Part shown: in pieces, positions 1 to 4,991 of the stretch
Layout: every line of letters begins with the position of its first letter
Numbering within the stretch: position 1 is the first letter of the stretch
Source: a virus
Strand: one strand, 5' to 3'
DNA: 18,902 nucleotides
IMG/VR virus record: IMGVR_UViG_3300029822_000436
Span: 1-18,902 of that record
Notes under the pieces: model-generated
Database searches by the model: none
Seen by the model: only the letters and a program-made list of their open reading frames with translations
What the model was told of the DNA's origin: nothing
Position numbers and translations under genes: made by a program

Positions 1-89
1 GTAATATATACCACGCACATTTCCCCTCATTTCCCCAAACACAATATTTAACCATTTGTCAAGTACATTTTCACACAAACTTTCGTGCA
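1..89. repeat. Left inverted terminal repeat (ITR-L) and origin of protein-primed replication
   Basis: The reverse complement of 18814-18902 matches 1-89. Positions 1-63 are identical, with mismatches only at 64 and 71. A degenerate match (9 of 12) continues to about 101. Confidence 0.95.
18..37 (+). repeat. Tandem 10-bp direct repeat CATTTCCCC(T/A) inside the ITR, mirrored at 18866-18885
   Basis: CATTTCCCCT at 18-27 is followed directly by CATTTCCCCA at 28-37. A related CACATTTCC motif recurs at 16-24, and at about 64-72 (exact in the right copy, TACATTTTC in the left copy). Confidence 0.8.
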
Positions 90-97
90 TATTTTCC

Positions 98-126
98 TTG
101 CTATTTTCATACACAAATGTTATCAT
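98..126 (+). promoter_or_regulatory. Sigma-A type promoter (leftmost early promoter)
   Basis: TTGCTA (98-103), a 17-nt spacer, then extended -10 TGtTATCAT (118-126). It lies about 28 nt upstream of the ATG at 154, which has a strong RBS. Confidence 0.6.
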
Positions 127-153
127 TAGTTATAACCAAAAGGAGGAGCTATC

Positions 154-267
154 ATGAAACATATTTTCATCTGTCCTAAGTGCAAGAAAATTCACATCAA
201 ACCAAAACAAGCATATTACGTATGCGTTGATTGTCGAGCATTTCTAGTGTATAGGAGGGGTCAATAA
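154..267 (+). CDS. 37-aa zinc-ribbon protein (CPKC...CVDC), below the ORF-track length cutoff
   Basis: RBS AAAGGAGGAG (139-148) lies 5 nt upstream of the ATG. Translation is MKHIFICPKCKKIHIKPKQAYYVCVDCRAFLVYRRGQ, with two CxxC pairs. The stop overlaps the next ATG (TAATG). Confidence 0.6.
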   Translation: MKHIFICPKCKKIHIKPKQAYYVCVDCRAFLVYRRGQ

Positions 268-344
268 TGAAATTAGTGTCATTCACAATAAGATGGTTCA
301 TTTTCACAATGGTCATTTGCTCTATACTAAACGTTTTCATGTGA
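267..344 (+). CDS. 25-aa hydrophobic (single-TM) peptide
   Basis: The ATG overlaps the upstream stop (TAATG), and GGAGGGG (254-260) serves as RBS. Translation is MKLVSFTIRWFIFTMVICSILNVFM. It is very short, so this is tentative. Confidence 0.35.
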   Translation: MKLVSFTIRWFIFTMVICSILNVFM

Positions 345-382
345 TAATCACATTCTAGCATTCTCTAAAAAACTTTCCAATT

Positions 383-436
383 TTGTCAAACTTTTAATAG
401 AAAATGCTAGACTTTTGTTAATCACAATGATATACT
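383..436 (+). promoter_or_regulatory. Main early promoter region (two overlapping sigma-A-like promoters) for the 6-5-4-3-2 operon
   Basis: The first is TTGTCA (383-388), a 19-nt spacer, then TGcTAGACT (405-413). The second is TAGACT (408-413) as a -35, a 17-nt spacer, then extended -10 TGaTATACT (428-436). The predicted start is near 443, about 50 nt before the ATG at 493. Confidence 0.55.
389..419. promoter_or_regulatory. Candidate p4 operator: AACTTTTA-15 bp-CTTTTGTT
   Basis: The 8-15-8 geometry and outer AAC/GTT triplets match the phi29 p4 site AACTTTTT-N15-AAAATGTT (recalled). It overlaps the -35 and -10 elements of the early promoters. Confidence 0.4.
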
Positions 437-492
437 TAGTATAGAAGTTAAGAGATTAACTTACTAAACCACATGAAAAGAGGAAAATACAC

Positions 493-768
493 ATGCGTAA
501 AAAGATGACGAAAGAAGTTACAAAAACAACAATCAAAATTGCAAAGGTTCAAAATGTCGATGGACAACTAACAACGGAACAGCTTGACGACATTATCATG
601 ATTGGTAATGTTTCTGCTGAAAAAGCTCAAAAGCATGTTCATAAAGAACTTGGTACAAATGCAACAGTTTTCGGTGTTGAAGTTTCAACGGAAGTTTATG
701 AAATGGATGTTGAAGAATTTATCAAATACGCAACATTAAAGCAAGATACAAAATCTGTTTCTGAATAA
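493..768 (+). CDS. gp6: p6-like histone-like dsDNA-binding protein (replication and transcription cofactor)
   Basis: First gene of the early operon, as in phi29 transcription order. The pattern ...TKTT..IAK....VDG....EQL.....GN.....AQ...VE..TEVYE..VE.F...AT matches my recollection of phi29 p6, and the size is similar (91 vs 104 aa). Confidence 0.6.
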   Translation: MRKKMTKEVTKTTIKIAKVQNVDGQLTTEQLDDIIMIGNVSAEKAQKHVHKELGTNATVFGVEVSTEVYEMDVEEFIKYATLKQDTKSVSE

Positions 769-774
769 CAACTA

Positions 775-798
775 AAAGCGGTTCGGAAAAACCGCTTT
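775..798 (+). terminator. Hairpin after gene 6 (weak terminator or attenuator, or RNA-stabilising element)
   Basis: A 9-bp stem AAAGCGGTT/AACCGCTTT with loop CGGAAA. There is no real T-run after the stem, so termination would be partial at best. Confidence 0.3.
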
Positions 799-886
799 AC
801 ACCCTTCATACCAAAAGGGGCATATAATTACACACTAGCAAGACCAAATCAAAAAAACTAAAACAACTTAAAAGGGGTCAATTAAA

Positions 887-1435
887 ATGACAAAAAACGT
901 AAACGTAGATACACAAACTGGTGAAATCATGGAAACACAATCAAACGAGCAATTTATCGCAACGCTTGAACAATCACGTGCAAACGTAGTTTCTGAAACT
1001 GCTGAATACATGGTGTTAAAAGATGCAAACGGCAAATTTTCTCGTAAAGCAAAATATCATGCATTTTCATCAATCAAAGCAGAAAATCGTGCTGACAAAC
1101 TTTGGTTACTAAACATCTTGGAAGGCGACGAAAGTTCGGGTTACGGCTTGAAAGACAACGTAGGTAAAGAAATCGTTGTTGAAAATATCATCTTCCGTCC
1201 TTATGACCGTATTGATGAAAACACAGGTGAATTTGAATACGGTGTCTTAACTTACTTAATCACACCGGAAAAAGAAGCTTATGTTACTTCTGCCAAATCT
1301 GTCTACTTTACATTAAAACAAATCATGGAACTGTTTGGTGAGCCGGGTTCTACGGATTGGGAAAATATCACTGTAAAAGTGGGCAAGCAAAAAATGACTA
1401 ACGGTGACGCAATTAACATCAAAATGATTGGATAA
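887..1435 (+). CDS. gp5: p5-like single-stranded DNA-binding protein (longer than phi29 p5)
   Basis: It lies between the p6-like and p4 genes. The C-terminal 95 aa loosely follow the phi29 p5 pattern (I..N.I..Y...D..G...E..V.T....Y..S.K.V.....VKV). RBS AAAAGGGG is present. The assignment rests mainly on synteny. Confidence 0.5.
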   Translation: MTKNVNVDTQTGEIMETQSNEQFIATLEQSRANVVSETAEYMVLKDANGKFSRKAKYHAFSSIKAENRADKLWLLNILEGDESSGYGLKDNVGKEIVVENIIFRPYDRIDENTGEFEYGVLTYLITPEKEAYVTSAKSVYFTLKQIMELFGEPGSTDWENITVKVGKQKMTNGDAINIKMIG

Positions 1436-1447
1436 GGGGTGGCTTAT

Positions 1448-1828
1448 ATGCCTTCAACAATTCGGGGCATTTATCACAACTTAAAAGAAAGTGAATACAC
1501 GGTTTCTGATTCGGAAATCGTGTTTTTCTTTTCTTCTAAACTGTATTGTGATAAATTTCTAAAAGAGTACGAGGAACATAGAGATGTATTTTTAAATAAG
1601 ATGTATCGGTTAACAGGTGAAATTCCATTAAACATGACAACCCTTGCTGACATTACATTGTACAGAAGGATTGAAAAACGTGGATTCCGTGCATTATTAA
1701 AAGGGGTGGATATTACATGGCAAGACCTAAACGTTTACGCATTGCGAAAAATGATGTTAGTGAATACAAACGATTGGCAAAGAATACCCAAGCCAAAATT
1801 AACAGAACGTTTAAAAATTATGGAATAG
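1448..1828 (+). CDS. gp4: p4 late-transcription activator and early repressor
   Basis: MPSTIRGIYHNLKESEY..FFFSS.LY..KFL....LADIT.Y...EKRGF...LKG...TW....VYALR matches recalled phi29 p4 (MPKTQRGIYHNLKESEY..FFFSSELYLNKFL). The DNA-contacting Arg6 is conserved. I prefer the ATG at 1448 (RBS AAGGGGTGG, 1434-1442) to the GTG at 1439 in the ORF track. Confidence 0.85.
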   Translation: MPSTIRGIYHNLKESEYTVSDSEIVFFFSSKLYCDKFLKEYEEHRDVFLNKMYRLTGEIPLNMTTLADITLYRRIEKRGFRALLKGVDITWQDLNVYALRKMMLVNTNDWQRIPKPKLTERLKIME

Positions 1829-2499
1829 ATTTATCAAGTGAAATCAATGTTCCAAAATTAGAAGACTTCAAAACACGTAAAGAGTTTAACAGGTGGAAAG
1901 AAGAAGTTCGCGGTTTCACCAATCGTGCTAATACAAAATATCAATTCCAAAAGAACGAGTTCGGGGTTGTTGCAAGTAAAAGGGAAATCAATGAAGCAAA
2001 GCGAGCGACCAAACTCGCACAAAATTTAGCTAAACGTTTACAAAAAGAAACAGCTAAAAAACCGTTAATCGTTAATGGTAAAAAAGAAGGAACACTAGGT
2101 CAGCGTATGCAACAAATGGGAAAACCTAGTGTTGACGGGATACACGTTCCAAAAGATTTCGACTTTGATAAAATCCGTACACGTGAACAATTTGACTTGA
2201 AATCAGAAAGCATGAACAAACGGTCACAACCCGATTATTTGGACAAGCGACAGGTTGCCATGAAAGAAAACTATATTAAAATGTTAGCTGAAAACTATAA
2301 TTCAGACGGTGACGAATTAATAGAAGAAATTAAAAAGATAAACCCGTCCGATTTCTTTGAATTGTTTTTGATGCATGAAGAATTGCAATTTGACTTTGAA
2401 TACACAGAAGAACAAACGGAAGCAAATTTACAAAAGAAACTCTCTATCATTGAAAGTTACAAAGAGGGTAAAATAAATATGGACTTAAAGGGGTTTTGA
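1717..2499 (+). CDS. gp3: Terminal protein (primer for DNA replication)
   Basis: The N-terminus MARPKRLRIAKNDVSEYKRLAKNTQAKINRT.KNYGIDLSSEI and the C-terminus ...DLKGF are collinear with recalled phi29 TP (MARSPRIRIKDNDKAEYARLVKNTKAKIARTKKKYGVDLTAEI......SLKGF). It is 260 vs 266 aa and sits immediately upstream of the polymerase. Confidence 0.93.
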   Translation: MARPKRLRIAKNDVSEYKRLAKNTQAKINRTFKNYGIDLSSEINVPKLEDFKTRKEFNRWKEEVRGFTNRANTKYQFQKNEFGVVASKREINEAKRATKLAQNLAKRLQKETAKKPLIVNGKKEGTLGQRMQQMGKPSVDGIHVPKDFDFDKIRTREQFDLKSESMNKRSQPDYLDKRQVAMKENYIKMLAENYNSDGDELIEEIKKINPSDFFELFLMHEELQFDFEYTEEQTEANLQKKLSIIESYKEGKINMDLKGF

Positions 2500-2538
2500 A
2501 AGGGCTAGAAAAATACCCTAAATTTTAGGGGTGACGTA

Positions 2539-4278
2539 ATGGCACGGAAAAAATTCAGTTGCGACTTTGAAACAACAACAAAAATAGATGATTGTCGTGT
2601 GTGGGCTTATGGTTATATGCAGATAGGCAAAAAGTCAAATTACAAAATAGGGAACAGTATGGACGAATTTATGGAATGGGTGGAATTGGTTAAGTCGGAT
2701 TTATATTTCCACAATCTAAAATTCGATGGTTCATTTATTGTCAATTGGTTATTAAAAAATGGTTACGAGTATTCAGAAACACCAACAGCAAAAACGTTCA
2801 AAACAACCATATCAAGTATGGGGCAATGGTACATCATTGATATATGTTACGGTTTCAAAGGCAAACAAAAACTTCATTCCGTGATATACGACAGTTTAAA
2901 AAAGCTACCGTTTCCAGTAAAAAAGATTGCAGTTGATTTTAAGTTGCCGATATTAAAAGGCGATATTGATTATCACACCGAACGACCTATTGGGCATGTT
3001 ATTACAGAAGAAGAATATCAATACATTAAAAACGATATTGAAATCATTGCCGATGCATTGGAAATTCAATTCAAACAAGGTTTAGAAAAAATGACAAATG
3101 GTTCGGATAGTTTAACCGATTTAAAAAACATTATGTCAAAGAAAATGTTCGAAAAACATTTTCCAGTTTTCAGCTTGAAAATGGATAACGAGGTTCGGCT
3201 TGCATATCGTGGAGGGTTCACGTGGTTAAACGACATACATAAAAATAAAGTTGTTAATGAAGGTATGGTATTTGACGTAAATAGTCTATACCCTTCCGTT
3301 ATGTATAATCGTTTATTACCTTATGGATTCCCGATATATTTTGAAGGTGAATATAAAGAGGATGAAAGTTATCCGTTATATATACAAAAAATACGTTGTG
3401 AATTTTATTTAAAAGAAAACAAAATACCGACAATACAGATTAAAGGCGACGACAGGTTTAAAGGAACTGAGTATTTAAAAAACAGCAAAGGTGAAACAGT
3501 CGAGTTAGTTGTATCAAATGTCGACTTGAAACTAATTCAAGATAACTATGATTTATATGATATTGAATATTTGGGCGGTTGGAAATTCAAAGGGAAATCC
3601 GGTTTGTTTAAGGATTTCATTGACAAATGGACGTATGTAAAAATCAACAATGACGGTGCTGTTAAGGCGCTTGCAAAATTAATGTTGAATGCTTTATACG
3701 GAAAGTTCGCAACAAACCCGGATATAACAGGTAAAATCCCATACTTAAAAGATGATGGTTCATTAGGTTTCAAAATGGGAGATGAAGAATTCAAAGAACC
3801 TGTCTACACGCCAATGGGTGTATTTATAACATCATACGCTCGGGAACTGACAATTAGAACTGCTCAAAGTTGTTATGATAGAATTATTTATTGTGATACA
3901 GACAGTATTCATTTAACAGGTACTAATATTCCAGATTCTATTAAACATTTAATTCATGACGATAATTTAGGAATGTGGCAACATGAAAGCACGTTCAAGC
4001 GGGCAAAGTATATCAGACAAAAAACATATATCCAAGAATTATACGAAAGACAAAACACAAAAGGCAAATGGATAGGTGCTGGCAAAACAAATTATGAACG
4101 TTTGAAAACTTCCGTCAAGTGTGCGGGTATGCCGGATAATGTCAAAAAATTAGTAACATTCGATAACTTTGAAATCGGGTTTTCCGCACCTGGAAAATTA
4201 GTTCCAAAACAAGTTGATGGTGGCGTTGTATTAGTCGACAGTATTTTTACAATCAAAGAAGGAGGTTTAATATGGTAG
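2539..4278 (+). CDS. gp2: Protein-primed family B DNA polymerase
   Basis: Exo motifs are CDFETTT, HNLKFDGSFIVNWL and YIKNDIEII. Pol motifs are FDVNSLYPS, KLMLNALYGKF and YCDTDSIH. It is collinear with phi29 DNA polymerase along its whole length (579 vs 575 aa). Confidence 0.98.
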   Translation: MARKKFSCDFETTTKIDDCRVWAYGYMQIGKKSNYKIGNSMDEFMEWVELVKSDLYFHNLKFDGSFIVNWLLKNGYEYSETPTAKTFKTTISSMGQWYIIDICYGFKGKQKLHSVIYDSLKKLPFPVKKIAVDFKLPILKGDIDYHTERPIGHVITEEEYQYIKNDIEIIADALEIQFKQGLEKMTNGSDSLTDLKNIMSKKMFEKHFPVFSLKMDNEVRLAYRGGFTWLNDIHKNKVVNEGMVFDVNSLYPSVMYNRLLPYGFPIYFEGEYKEDESYPLYIQKIRCEFYLKENKIPTIQIKGDDRFKGTEYLKNSKGETVELVVSNVDLKLIQDNYDLYDIEYLGGWKFKGKSGLFKDFIDKWTYVKINNDGAVKALAKLMLNALYGKFATNPDITGKIPYLKDDGSLGFKMGDEEFKEPVYTPMGVFITSYARELTIRTAQSCYDRIIYCDTDSIHLTGTNIPDSIKHLIHDDNLGMWQHESTFKRAKYIRQKTYIQELYERQNTKGKWIGAGKTNYERLKTSVKCAGMPDNVKKLVTFDNFEIGFSAPGKLVPKQVDGGVVLVDSIFTIKEGGLIW

Positions 4279-4451
4279 GTTGTAAAACAAAAGCGATGTT
4301 GTCAGAAGAAATTAAGTACAGTATTCTCAAAGAACTGAATCACGTTTACAATGCATGTTACAACGGGAACGAGGAACATTTGTGTGAGGGATTGGAACTT
4401 GCGATTATCACAATTACTAATTTAAAATTCGGAGGGAAAAACAATGCGTAA
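4272..4451 (+). CDS. 59-aa hypothetical early protein (position of phi29 gene 1/56 region), not in the ORF track
   Basis: RBS GGAGG (4261-4265) lies 6 nt upstream of the ATG, which overlaps the polymerase stop (ATGGTAG). Translation is MVGCKTKAMLSEEIKYSILKELNHVYNACYNGNEEHLCEGLELAIITITNLKFGGKNNA. Confidence 0.5.
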   Translation: MVGCKTKAMLSEEIKYSILKELNHVYNACYNGNEEHLCEGLELAIITITNLKFGGKNNA

Positions 4452-4620
4452 TAGGTGGTTGGTTACATTCACATGTGAAAAAGAGGATAGTACATTCTAT
4501 CAAGTAGCAAACGAGGTTGATAGTTTAGTAAAAGTTTCACGGTTGATTCTATCATTTCAACCAAAGAAAAACAGCAAACTAGTTCAAATCAACATTGATG
4601 ATATATTAACATTATTTTGA
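4444..4620 (+). CDS. 58-aa hypothetical early protein, not in the ORF track
   Basis: RBS GGAGGG (4431-4436) lies 7 nt upstream of the ATG. It overlaps the previous ORF by 8 nt. Translation is MRNRWLVTFTCEKEDSTFYQVANEVDSLVKVSRLILSFQPKKNSKLVQINIDDILTLF. Confidence 0.5.
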   Translation: MRNRWLVTFTCEKEDSTFYQVANEVDSLVKVSRLILSFQPKKNSKLVQINIDDILTLF

Positions 4621-4645
4621 CAAATACATAGGATAGTGCTATACT
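4617..4645 (+). promoter_or_regulatory. Near-consensus sigma-A promoter driving the pRNA (phi29 A1 analogue)
   Basis: TTGACA (4617-4622), a 17-nt spacer, then extended -10 TGcTATACT (4637-4645). The predicted start is about 4651-4653. Confidence 0.8.
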
Positions 4646-4651
4646 TATCTA

Positions 4652-4871
4652 TATGAGGGGTAGCACTTCCTATAACATTTAGTCTGTTGGGTTTATCCGC
4701 ATTGAGTTGCGCCAACACTTTTGGTAGGTGATTCCTATTAGTGTTACAAGTGTCTATTACTTCATACACTCAAAACCATCCAAAAGCCCAAAAGCTATAA
4801 CGGATGGTTTTACTAATTTATCCTCATAAATTTAACATATGGAATAGGGATGGTTACCCTATTCTTTTTTT
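4652..4871 (+). ncRNA. pRNA: Packaging RNA (pRNA): core domain I about 4652-4767, plus a 3' domain II ending at the terminator
   Basis: There is direct similarity to recalled phi29 pRNA. GGUAGCACUUCC matches GGUACUUCC, and UGUUGGG...CCAACA matches UGUUGGGG...CCCACA. The hairpin CGCA-UUGAGU-UGCG (4698-4711) matches phi29 CUGA-UUGAGU-UCAG, with an identical loop and covarying stem. A 5'/3' helix joins 4652-4666 to 4750-4766, and a D-like hairpin lies at 4723-4739. No convincing ORF is present. Confidence 0.85.
4842..4871 (+). terminator. Rho-independent terminator ending the early/pRNA transcripts and insulating the late operon
   Basis: Stem GAATAGGG/CCCTATTC (4842-4849 and 4857-4864), a 7-nt loop, then seven T residues (4865-4871). 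Confidence 0.85.
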
Positions 4872-4889
4872 GTGTTCAAAAACAACTAT

Positions 4890-4903
4890 GTTTCACGTGA
4901 AAC
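4890..4903. promoter_or_regulatory. Perfect 14-bp palindrome GTTTCACGTGAAAC (candidate operator)
   Basis: The sequence is exactly self-complementary and is centred about 100 bp upstream of the predicted late start. The 16-mer ATGTTTCACGTGAAAC recurs at 17495-17510. Confidence 0.4.
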
Positions 4904-4931
4904 AAAAAATAGAAAAATAACAATTTTTGTT
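4901..4931. promoter_or_regulatory. Candidate p4 activator site: AACAAAAA-15 bp-TTTTTGTT
   Basis: A perfect 8-bp inverted repeat with a 15-bp spacer and outer AAC/GTT, as in the phi29 p4 site. Its centre (4916) is about 80-82 bp upstream of the predicted late start. phi29 p4 site 3 is centred at -82 of promoter A3. Confidence 0.5.
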
Positions 4932-4982
4932 CTATTAATTTCATTTGTGAACCGGATAATGAGTGTAGGATGTTAGACTAGA

Positions 4983-4991
4983 TGGTATAAT
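4983..4991 (+). promoter_or_regulatory. Late promoter (A3 analogue): extended -10 without a recognisable -35
   Basis: TGgTATAAT at 4983-4991. The -35 position (4963-4968, GTGTAG) is poor. The predicted start is about 4996-4998, some 35 nt before the gene 7 ATG. Confidence 0.65.

Noticed and set aside
91-121. Possible p4 half-site CAAATGTT (114-121) at the leftmost promoter
   Set aside because: The expected partner arm 15 bp upstream (ATTTTCCT) lacks the AAC triplet. Only one arm resembles the motif.
823-828. TATAAT hexamer between the p6-like and SSB-like genes as an internal promoter
   Set aside because: There is no acceptable -35 at 16-18 nt (the best, TTTACA, is 21 nt away) and no TG extension. 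Read-through from the upstream promoter is sufficient.
1439-1447. GTG start at 1439 for the p4 gene, as given in the ORF track
   Set aside because: The GTG overlaps the only RBS (AAGGGGTGG). The ATG at 1448 has correct spacing and gives MPSTIRGIYHN, matching the phi29 p4 N-terminus MPKTQRGIYHN.
4584-4769. 61-aa ORF on the - strand in the early/late intergenic region
   Set aside because: It has no RBS and lies antisense to a region that matches the pRNA element by element, with its own promoter and terminator on the + strand. It is an accidental open frame.
4864-4890. phi29-style CTTTTT-N15-ACTATG as an additional p4 site
   Set aside because: The left arm is simply the terminator T-run, and the right arm matches AAAATG at only 4 of 6 positions. 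This is too weak to call.
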